Position numbers and translations under genes: made by a program. Shown here in pieces: positions 24,501-33,935 of a stretch of 64,000 nucleotides of DNA. How positions within the stretch are numbered: the first letter of the stretch is position 1; every line of letters starts with the position of its first letter. The notes under the pieces were generated by a model, which searched no databases, was not told where the DNA came from, and saw nothing but the letters and a program-made list of their open reading frames with translations. The stretch is from Tubiluchus corallicola (Eukaryota; Animalia; Priapulida), in the NCBI GenBank assembly GCA_030141605.1, contig JAQGDQ010000206.1, forward strand, positions 1 through 64,000. The letters run 5' to 3'.

Positions 24501-27500
24501 GCAAAAACATGGAAATAAGTGTACTGTTTTACATTACTAGTGCTTTCTTAGAACGGAAAGACGCAATATGTGCCGTTTTAGTGGTTTAAATAAGGTAGAA
24601 ATGTTGTTGATAAACTAAAACGTTAGTTTGAGCAAAGTAAAAAAATCTGCGTTGAAATGAAACATCGCTGAACGGGGGAGTCGTTAAGCGAGAACTTACT
24701 GCAAATATAATTCGTGCAGCATAGGTTTAAATCAGAGATACTTTTCATAACTTTACTGCTTACTGAATATAAAGAAGTGCTTATAAATCCAGTTCCTTAC
24801 ATCGCAGTGCCATTTCTGTAATTTCTGTGATGTGAAAGTAACGTCAGTCGTTAATCGGGAAGCAAAAACATGAATAAGAATTGTACGGTTTTACATTATG
24901 CATTAGTTACTAGTGCCTTTTTAAAACAGGATAACACAATATGTACCATTTTTAATGCTTTAAATTAGGTAGAAATGTTGTTGATAAAATAAAAAATTAG
25001 TTTGAGCAAAGTAAAAAATTATCATTGACATGGAATATCCATCATTGACTGAGAAAAAAGTGTCAAATTTTTAGCGTCGTTAAAACAAAATGTCGCTAAA
25101 TGTTGAATCTTAAGCGAGAACTTATTGTAGATATAATTCGTGCAGCATAGGTTTAAATCAGAGATACTTTTCATAACTTGACTGCACTAAACAGCTGCTT
25201 ATAAATCCAGTTTTTCCCCCGCAGTGCCGCTTCTGTGCGGTGCTTTATTTCCTCATAATTGTTGTTATGTTAGTTAAAACCTCGGTTGTTTCAAGAAGAA
25301 GGAATAGACTCTTCGTGTCAGTAGGAAATCGATTATAACGTTTTTATTTCTCTGGATACGTGTTCCATAGAAGTAGCAATATAAAAGGCAAGAAGACCTT
25401 CAATAAGCCTTTTCATAGTTTTGTTGTACACAAACGCAGTTGCTGTAGGTCAAAGGTTAAGTGTGCCACAGCAACGCATCTTAACTACAATCATCACGTG
25501 ACATGTGGGTAAAGCAAAACATCAGTTCAGCACTGTCAGTTGCTCTACGTGGACTTTACTTAATTATGCATTTGTCTATGTGTAGAGTAATTTACTAGCA
25601 GGATCTTGCTGGGTAAAGCAAAGTCATCTGCTGCTCCATTCAGTAAGTTCAGTTGTTTTACATGGGCTTTACTTAATTATGCATTAGTCTGTGCATAGTG
25701 TTATTTACTAGCAGGATCTTGCTTGAGAACAAGAAAAAATGTACTAGGTAAGGTTCTAGCTAACTGTGAAAACTGTTACTATTACAATAGCAGGGTCTGT
25801 GAGACGTTGTAAAGTGTACACAAATGCGTTGTCTCATACACTTAACCTTTGACCTTTTAACGATCATCATCAATCACTGCAACTGTGAAAAGGCTTATTA
25901 ACATTTTTACAGTGACTAATGTTAGATGTGTTATTATAGTCAATGGTGCTGGTCTGGCCATGTCCACTATGGACATCATCAAGTTACACGGAGGCAGTCC
26001 GGCCAACTTTCTGGACGTCGGCGGTGGTGCTACCTCGGAGGCTGTAACGGAGGCGTTCAAGTTGATTACGTCTGACAAACAGGTTAGTTTAGCTGCTAAA
26101 CGTGCCTTTCTTACTGGCCAGCAGTTTTTCCAGGATTATGATTGCATAACCTGATACTGAAGGAAAGCTAGGGAGTTCTGCTTGTAGTTAGCGTCGTAAT
26201 GTCTCTTGGGGCGGCTTACAAGTTCAAACGTTATTGATAAATGAATTAAAAATCCCACATTTAACCCTTTCACTGCAGAAGGCGGTAGAGTGCCGCACGA
26301 GCTCAGCACTAAGCGCGGTCACCCAGGTCTGTTTATTTCACTGCTACGGCCTCGCAAAAACATTATAGAAAAGTTTAACAGCCGTGGGACAAGTAATGCT
26401 AACCAGCCAATCGGCATCTGGTGCATAGCATAATACTGTACTGTGTCGTATGTTCTCGTGCGAAATTGCTTGTTGATAGTTTGTGAAACGTACGTTTAGT
26501 CGATTGTTCTGCATTCTTATAAAATAATTGCGTATTATGACTTTTGTGCAAATATAAGAATGTGCTTATTTGTGTGGGTGTGCGTGTGCGTGCATGCATG
26601 AGTGCATATATGTGTGCACGGATGTGTGTTCGTGTGTATAAATAAACTAATATTCAATATATTTAATGGTTCAATAACAAATGGCTATTTGTTTATTTAC
26701 AAGATTCTGTTTTAGTAGCAAGAAGTTATTGTCAAATATGCAATAGGCGTTTAAGCAGTAACACTTACGCAAACGTGCTTGACGCACAAGGGAAGATGCC
26801 TGCCATTGCACAAACTGTGGTTAGTTTCTGACATAAGCAATAGCTGTGTTCGGTTGCCGATAATTAACTTTCTAAGCTAATTAGTCAAATATAAGGAACA
26901 GTTGTTAAATTTTATAGGCAAGAAAACGTATATTTTGGACAGTAAATTAAAATGAGATTGAGTCTAAACAATCGTCCGGTTTTCCTTTAACGGCTGTGTA
27001 GTTTAGCACGCTGTACTCTTGTGGTTTTGCCAGAAGTCTGAGTGTTCCGAGTACCATCCTAGTTCATATTCTGATTTATAGAGTCATGCAATATTTGTTC
27101 AGGTTCAGTTTTGTGAACATTTTTTGGCCGTTCAATATAGTTTGCGTGTTCAAGCAATGTTGTTGAACGTCTTTCAGGTTCAGCAATACTGGTGAGCATC
27201 TTTATTAGCCGTTCTTTATTGTCACAGGTTCAAGCAACGTTACGTTGAACACTTTTGCAGGTTCAGGCAATATTGGTGAACATTTTCGGAGGGATCATGC
27301 GCTGTGATATCATTGCTCAGGGTATCATCGCCGCAGCTAAAGAATTGCATCTCAATATACCAATAGTGTGCAGGTTACAAGGTACGAACAGCTGTGTTTA
27401 CTGCTCTGTTTCAGAACATGTACATTCCGCGGGTGCCACTTACCGTATTTTCCCATGTATAAGAGACCCTTTTTTGCTCAGAATTTTCACTTTAAAAATA

Positions 27501-30500
27501 GGGGGTCTCTTATACATGGGAGTAAGTCTTTTCAATAAGATGCATAAATTGTGACACTAATGATTTTAAAGAAATAAGTGCTCTACAACTGTTTTATTTC
27601 GAGTAATTATAGTTTCCTTTCAATAAATCTTCTCCATGGCTAAATTCTAATGATAAAATTAATGTACCGGGTAAGTTATTATTTTTTTAAATGTCTCTTT
27701 GGTATTGGAGAGAAATCGATTGTTCTGCAGCCAATCAACGCATCTGCATAAGCTGCATCTGCAGTTGATATTTTTGATGAGAGTGATGAGGAATTTAATG
27801 ATTTCTATGATGAATAAAGTTATTCATTTCCAAAAAACTTTTTTCCAGAATTTTTGCCTAAAAATTGAAGGGGTCTCTTATACACAAGGGTCTCTACATG
27901 GGAAAATACGGTAATAGACTCACTCTGGGTTGAATACATTTTGACCCAATTAACCGACCGAATCTATAGCCAGCAGGTATAATAACTGTAGTATTACTAC
28001 TATGGAAGTACGAGTCATCACCCATCGCCTTAGTGTGCACTACAAAGGCTTTAAATTAATTTAAAAAACAAACGAATGTCAAAATTCCCACATGCAATTA
28101 TTTTTTGAAAACTAATTTATACAAGTGAATTAATAAAAAACGAGAAAAAGTCGCACAAATCTTGATTATTACTTCTAGAAATTACAAAAAATCGTTCAAG
28201 GTCATTTGCTCCATTTCATGACGAAAAAGTTGGTTTGTGAAATTCTCGTACTGATAAAAACATTGACCATCTGTTGCTGTATGCTGTATATATTCATGCA
28301 AAACACCTGGTCACCTAGTGCTTGAGCTGCAGTTGGTAATGATGTAAATTTTCTTCTGATTCAGGTACACGAGTAGACGACGCTAAAGCGTTGATAGCTA
28401 CGAGCAACTTGCGCATACTCGCTTGCGACAACCTAGACGAAGCGGCTAAGATGGTGAGTTTGATTTGGAAGCTTTAATATGTTTAAAGTGACATCATGAT
28501 TGACAGTGAAACATTGAATTTACCAACCAGTTCATTGGTCGCAGCCGTGGTTAAATTGGCTAGCTAGGTCGAAATCTCAACACATTCGGTCACCTTTTAA
28601 CAAAAAGTATAAAGTACACTTTTAGTTGGTCAAATTGATTTACGTGAGTAACGTGCATCGAGAGAGGTGCTACAGATCTAAGTGCCAATCGTGTGCAGAG
28701 AGAGATCGCTAAGTTCTCGTAAAAAGTGGCCATCGTGTTTTAATACAAGTCTTATGGTATGTTGTGTGGCAAACAATGGGTGCCATGTTCTAATACAAGT
28801 TCTGTGGTATGTTGTGTGGCAAACAATGGCTGCCATGTTCTAATGCAAGTTCTATGGTATGTTGTGTGGCAAACAATGGGTACCCTTGTTCTAATACAAG
28901 TTCTATGGTATGTTGTGTGGCAAACAATGGGTGCACATTCTAATACAAGTTCTATGGTATGTTGTGTGGCAAATAATGGCTGGCATGTTCTAATACAAGT
29001 TCTATGGTATGTTGTGTAGCAAGCAATGGGTACCATGCTCTAATACAAGTCCTATGGTGGTATGTTGTGTGGCACACAATGGCTGCCATGTTCTAATACA
29101 AGTCCTATGGTATGTTGTGTGGCAAACAATGGCTGCCATGTTCTAATGCAAGTTCTATGGTATGTTGTGTGGCAAGCAATGGCTACCATGTTCTAATGCA
29201 AGTTCTATGGTATGTTGTGTGGCAAGCAATGGGTACCATGTTCTAATACAAGTTCTGTGGTATGTTGTGTGGCAAACAATGGCTGCCATGTTCTAATGCA
29301 AGTTCTATGGTATGTTGTGTGGCAAACAATGGGTACCCTTGTTCTAATACAAGTTCTATGGTATGTTGTGTGGCAAACAATGGGTGCACATTCTAATACA
29401 AGTTCTATGGTATGTTGTGTGGCAAATAATGGCTGGCATGTTCTAATACAAGTTCTATGGTATGTTGTGTAGCAAGCAATGGGTACCATGCTCTAATACA
29501 AGTCCTATGGTGGTATGTTGTGTGGCACACAATGGCTGCCATGTTCTAATACAAGTCCTATGGTATGTTGTGTGGCAAACAATGGCTGCCATGTTCTAAT
29601 GCAAGTTCTATGGTATGTTGTGTGGCAAGCAATGGCTACCATGTTCTAATGCAAGTTCTATGGTATGTTGTGTGGCAAGCAATGGCTACCATGTTCTAAT
29701 GCAAGTTCTATGGTATGTTGTGTGGCAAGCAATGGCTACCATGTTCTAATACAAATTCTATGGTATGTTGTGTGGCAAACAATGGCTGCCATGTTCTAAT
29801 GCAAGTTCTATGGTATGTTGTGTGGCAAGCAATGGCTACCATGTTCTAATGCAAGTTCTATGGTATGTTGTGTGGCAAGCAATGGCTACCATGTTCTAAT
29901 GCAAGTTCTATGGTATGTTGTGTGGCAAGCAATGGCTACCATGTTCTAATACAAGTTCTGTGGTATGTTGTGTGGCAAGCAATGGGTACCATGTTCTAAT
30001 ACAAGTTCTATGGTATGTTATGTGGCAAACAATGGGTGCACATTCTAATACAAGTCCTATGGTATGTTGTGTGGCAAACAATGGGTGCACATTCTAATAC
30101 AAGTCCTATGGTATGTTGTGTGGCAAACAATGGCTACCTTGCTCTAATAAAAATTCTATGATATCTTGTGTGGCAAATAATGGCTGGCATGTTCTAATAC
30201 AAGTTCTGTGGTATGTTGTGTGGCGAACAATGGCTCCTATTTTCTAAAACTGCATTTGATTGTCAGACAAAAACTGTTACAGCTCTGGAGTGGCACTTTT
30301 AAAGTATTATTTAATACTCAGGCTGGTAATCTCCCTCTGCACATGCACGGCTTCGAGAGGTTCATGGCACAGAAGTCTCATCACTAGGCCATGCATTCCC
30401 TAGCAGTCAAGACACTCCAAATTTCATTCCTTATAGCTGGCTCACCAAATTCAGCATTTCCAGTTTTGCTCGCTCCGATTTCAAATTAGATCAATTTGTT

Positions 30501-31076
30501 TTTATTATGATTAATTTGGAACCAGAAATTTCTGTTCGTGAAGAATTTATAATTTTGTGTTTAGAAGTACAGTCAACCCTCGTTAAACCGGACTAATTAT
30601 GGGGTGGGTGATCCCGTTTAGCCGATTGTCCGATTTATCCGATATGCCTATATATGGTCTATATTATACAGGAATAATCACCTTAATAAGGCCTATATAC
30701 ATTGCACTATATACTATACTGTATATTACTTTAAAATAGTTAACCTGTGAGGATAAAGAAATTATTATACAGTTGGTAGGCCGTGTTGTGTTTAGCGCTC
30801 GGGCTCGGACGGAAATCGGTCAGTTTCCTTTACCATGGATGACGTCCGTCTTATCCGATATCCGGGCTAACGGGGTCCGGTTTAACGAGGGTCGACTGTA
30901 GTTGTTTGTACGAAATGTTACCGCATTTTTAATTTAACCATTTCACAACTTAAGGCGTCTGATATTTACATTCAATTTGATAAATTTTCTTTCCTTTTCA
31001 GGCGGTCAAATTGTCTCATATTATAGCAATAGCCAAGGAAGTGGACGTCAACGTGAATTTTGCATTGCCAATTTAG
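11877..31076 (+). CDS. SUCLA2: Succinyl-CoA ligase [ADP-forming] beta subunit, mitochondrial; 9 coding exons, 5' part not identified
   Basis: Exons 11877-11982, 15255-15417, 21194-21364, 22439-22535, 23882-24043, 25940-26082, 27261-27381, 28365-28453, 31002-31076, all GT-AG and phase-compatible. Motifs [65 protein letters not shown]; C-terminus VNFALPI* is SUCLA2-like. Confidence 0.93.
13288..13982 (+). mobile_element. Tigger/pogo-like MITE family 1
   Basis: TA|CAGYGTTCCCTC..GAAGGAACACTG|TA; other copies at 46240, 49181, 55652. Confidence 0.85.
14670..15065 (+). repeat. Dispersed repeat (uninterrupted copy of 47457-48220)
   Basis: Near-identical to the flanks of the MITE at 47672-48011. Confidence 0.8.
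15255..15417 (+). CDS. SUCLA2: SUCLA2 exon ([28 protein letters not shown]...MERKYV)
   Basis: aag acceptor, gtacgt donor; conserved sequence. Confidence 0.92.
15495..15978. repeat. 93-bp tandem repeat (~5 copies) containing a Tc1/mariner TIR
   Basis: Each unit carries TACAGGGYGGGYACAAAAAGTAAACCCACTT. Confidence 0.9.
15949..16319 (+). mobile_element. Tc1/mariner MITE
   Basis: TA|CAGGGTGGGTACAAAA ... TTTTGTGTCCACCCTG|TA. Confidence 0.75.
16810..17175 (+). mobile_element. Retroposon 3' fragment with (ACTT)n tail
   Basis: Second copy at about 59068-59400 with a longer (ACTT)n tail. Confidence 0.6.
17400..17760. repeat. Dispersed repeat, inverted copy at about 43300-43680
   Basis: Near-identical spurious ORFs on opposite strands. 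Confidence 0.8.
17818..19403. repeat. 44-bp minisatellite (~36 copies)
   Basis: Unit CTAGAAATTCCTACTGTTTCGTATTCTAAAGTTAAATAATTGAT. Confidence 0.97.
20149..20680. mobile_element. Kolobok-like MITE
   Basis: TTAA|AGGAAAGACCAAGTC ... GACTTGTCTTTTCCT|TTAA; similar TTAAAGGA ends at about 13135, 26985, 31915, 52260. Confidence 0.7.
21194..21364 (+). CDS. SUCLA2: SUCLA2 exon ([16 protein letters not shown]...QQQK)
   Basis: gag acceptor, gtaagt donor. Confidence 0.9.
21365..22120. repeat. AT-rich ~21-22-bp minisatellite starting at an exon donor site
   Basis: Units such as TTAGTAAGCTTTGCATTTTGC and GTAGTAAACTTTAAATTTTGG. Confidence 0.9.
22439..22535 (+). CDS. SUCLA2: SUCLA2 exon ([32 protein letters not shown])
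   Basis: ccag acceptor, gtgaga donor. Confidence 0.92.
23378..23547. repeat. 27-bp tandem repeat (~6 copies)
   Basis: GGTGGATGTAATCGGAATCTGGATCTG units. Confidence 0.92.
23882..24043 (+). CDS. SUCLA2: SUCLA2 exon ([17 protein letters not shown]...DGTIGCL)
   Basis: ttcag acceptor, gtaagc donor. Confidence 0.93.
24480..25225. repeat. Diverged tandem duplication (~360-390 bp x2) including a Tigger-like right TIR
   Basis: CGTCAGYCGTTAATC..TTAAGCGAGAACTTAYTG..ATAATTCGTGCAGCATAGG occurs twice. Confidence 0.8.
25940..26082 (+). CDS. SUCLA2: SUCLA2 exon ([31 protein letters not shown]...SDKQ)
   Basis: tag acceptor, gttagt donor. Confidence 0.93.
26265..26745 (+). mobile_element. piggyBac-like MITE fragment; related copy at about 42235-42590
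   Basis: TTAA|CCCTTTCACT start here, AGTGAAAGGG end in the second copy, shared ~300-bp interior. Confidence 0.5.
27261..27381 (+). CDS. SUCLA2: SUCLA2 exon ([21 protein letters not shown]...CRLQ)
   Basis: ttttgcag acceptor, gtacga donor. Confidence 0.93.
27443..27911. mobile_element. pogo/Tc1-type MITE
   Basis: TA|CCGTATTTTCCCATGTA ... TACATGGGAAAATACGG|TA. Confidence 0.85.
28365..28453 (+). CDS. SUCLA2: SUCLA2 exon ([30 protein letters not shown])
   Basis: ttcag acceptor, gtgagt donor. Confidence 0.92.
28738..30235. repeat. 50-bp minisatellite (~30 copies) with a 453-bp higher-order duplication
   Basis: Unit TTCTAATACAAGTTCTATGGTATGTTGTGTGGCAAACAATGGCTGCCATG; identical ORFs 453 bp apart. 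Confidence 0.96.
30570..30898. mobile_element. Tigger-like MITE family 2
   Basis: TA|CAGTCAACCCTCGTTAAACCGGAC ... GTCCGGTTTAACGAGGGTCGACTG|TA; inverted copy at 47672-48011. Confidence 0.88.
31002..31076 (+). CDS. SUCLA2: SUCLA2 last coding exon ([24 protein letters not shown])
   Basis: Long polypyrimidine tract plus cag; TAG stop. Confidence 0.9.
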   Translation, partial: AVKLSHIIAIAKEVDVNVNFALPI

Positions 31077-31499
31077 AACTTTATAAGCGCAGTAGGAATC
31101 CGGGTGTGTTCCCAGATAAGAGTGAGCAGTGCTCCTGTTTTTTTTTGTCCAAGTTGTACCTGCATTATAGACTTAAAGTCATTTGCCATTCGCAAAGAGA
31201 GTCCCAAGATAGCAAGAATCGAGTCTGTATCATGATGTAGTTCAGAAAGTAGTTAAGAACATGCTCGCGTTGTATGCGTCTGACATTCGAGTATGTATCA
31301 TGATGTAGTTCAGAAAATAGTTAAGAACGTGCTCGCGTAGTATGCGTCTAACATTCGGAATTAATTTGCATGATGCACACTTTACCTGCAGCGAAGGTAT
31401 TAAATTATTATCTAAACTATCTATCGTGTTGAGGCACAAGGTTTTTCCGCTTTTCGTGATAGCGCTTATTTTGCATGAATGTTCTTCCCGTACCTAAAA

Positions 31500-31920
31500 G
31501 AAAACCAGATTCAATCTTAAACTATAGCTCAAACAATCTACCCCATAAAATATTGAAATAGTACATTTTTTTTTTCAAGAATGGTTTACATGAAAGAATT
31601 ATTGCCGCACAAATGCAATTTTGCTTTCACGTGGCTAGTTCTCTGCCGTTACATGCATCTTGCCATTTGTTATTTAAATGGGCACTAGCGCCTGCATCTC
31701 AGAAATGCATTGCACAAGAATCAGGTGCTGTACCTTTCAGTTCAGAAGTGTTCGTTTGTGATGTAGTGTACATGTTCAAGAGTTCCCATGTGAGCACAAT
31801 GATAAAGTTGAAATTTGTACATCACACTGACTGTTGTACAGTGGCACTGTACTTCAATTTTAGCTTTCGCAAACTGCAAAAACGAGGCACGATATGAAAA
31901 ATCATCCCGTTTTCCTTTAC
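31500..31920. repeat. Dispersed repeat (Kolobok-like end); inverted related copy at about 52260-52840
   Basis: Similar sequence on opposite strands ending AAAAATCATCCCGTTTTCCTTTA. Confidence 0.6.
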
Positions 31921-33208
31921 CTGCCTACTTGTGCGTTGATACTCGTTTTGCTATAAGCTAAATTTTACTGCATGCTATATGATAAGACTGGATTCCAAAT
32001 TGCTTTCTCCTAACTATTGCCTAGTAGGGCAGTTTATCTGAATTTTTTACGACGTCGTTTACTGTAGTCGAAAATTTTGACGTAATCTTTTGTTTTTAGT
32101 GAACCGTTGCTGTAGTTATTTAGTAAACAGCAAGCGTTACAAAGTGTTCGTGTAAAATAAGTTACTTTTATGGCTGTTACTATTTAAGTAAGCAAGATGG
32201 CATATTGTTACAGTAATCATTATTTAAAGTGAAGCCATTTGTTGTAGTAGTTACACAGCAAAATGGCACCCAAAATGGCTTCCTTCGAGCAAAGGTGCAG
32301 TCTCAATCTTAGCTAATCAAAGAGGTTTGTTGGTACTAGCTGTAGTTAACATAGAAGCGCATAGTAGTTTACACTGCCAAGTTGCTTACTGGTGCTTAAT
32401 CTCTAAGGTATTGAAATCTCCCCAAACACTCTGTTTTTGTGTAATATGGTTAAAAGGGCAGAGGCCCCTCAGCTACCATAGGAAATAGCAGCCTTTATCA
32501 GACCTGCCAGTCATTTGATGTAAAAATTTGAGTGAGAAACGTAGAAATTTATCATCAAAATCAAATTATTAAGAAATAAAGGCAAAAACGTTGAGGTAAT
32601 TTTTGCGTATTACTGAACATACTTATGTTGCTATGCAGTTCACTGCGCTGTATATATACAATATACAGAGTATATTATACATATAATATACTGTATAATA
32701 TACGTATATAAATATGTTGTTTTGTATACAGTAAGTCCTCGCTTAACGACTCCCCGTTTCTTTTTAACGACACTGAATATTTTATTGACTAGCAAATGCT
32801 ACAGCGTTACATTTCGGGTCGTAATCTTGCCAATCATCGCGCTAGGTAAATTCAAACAAAGCTAAAGGATTCCCAAAAAAACTGCAAATGCTATTGAATT
32901 TATTTGCCTGTCCCTGTAAAATTTAAACGTATCTGCATTTCTAGGGATTGTTATGACTTCGTTTTGACTGACTTTAGTCTGATTCTGGTGACGACCTGAA
33001 ACGTAGCATTGAAGCATTTGTCAGAGAATAAAGACCGTTACTTCCTACAGTAGCTGCGGTGTTGCTTCTATTTTGTATATTGTATTTGCATGCATTTAGC
33101 ACTAGCTTATCTTATTTTGTTTTATAATTCTAGAAAATGTAATGTATAATAGTTTTTGTTGTGTCAATGTTTACTTGCACATGAGCGAATTGCTGTTGTT
33201 GTTCTAAT

Positions 33209-33935
33209 CAGGGTCAGATTGGGGCTCCTAGGCTGATGAGATGTGGGTCCCCTCAGACAGAGCCACCGTCAGACTCGCCCGGACCCATATTTTAGCAACA
33301 TTTACATAGCTTGTTGTTCACTTTGCAAATTCATTCAACGAATGAAAGAATTTGCAATCTTTCGTCTGCAATAGATGTATTTTTAATACGAATAATTCAG
33401 TATTTATTGCGAAACAATTTAGCGCATATTTCAACACAGCCGTAGTGCAAAAACGGATTTTTTATCAATTGTTACCAAAGCTTGAGGGGTCCTAGGCTGT
33501 AGCCTACAGGATAATGTAGCCCTGCTACCAAAGCTTGAGGGGTCCTAGGCTGTAGCCTATATTAGCCTACAGGATAATCTAGCCCTGCTACCAAAGCTTG
33601 AGGGGTCCTAGGCTGTAGCGTATATTAGCCTACAGGATAATCTAGCCCTGCTACCAAAGCTTGAGGGGTCCTAGGCTGTAGCCTACAGGATAATGTAGCC
33701 CTGCTACCAAAGCTTGAGGGGTCCTAGGCTGTAGCCTATATTAGCCTACAGGATAATCTAGCCCTGCTACCAAAGCTTGAGGGGTCCTAGGCTGTAGCCT
33801 ATAGGATAATCTAGCCCTGCTATCAAAGCTTGAGGGGTCCTAGGCTGTAGCCTATACTAGCCTACAGGATAATCTAGCCCTGCTACCGAAGCTTGAGGGG
33901 TCCTAGGCTGTAGACTATAGGATAATCTAGCCCTG
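33209..33935. mobile_element. hAT MITE whose right end is tandemly amplified (8 units of 53 or 63 bp, 33473-33935)
   Basis: TIR CAGGGTCAGATT / AATCTAGCCCTG; TSD GTTCTAAT / GTTATAAT. Confidence 0.75.

Noticed and set aside
31215-31360. ~71-bp duplication in the SUCLA2 3' region as a regulatory element
   Set aside because: Simple two-copy duplication with no recognisable motif
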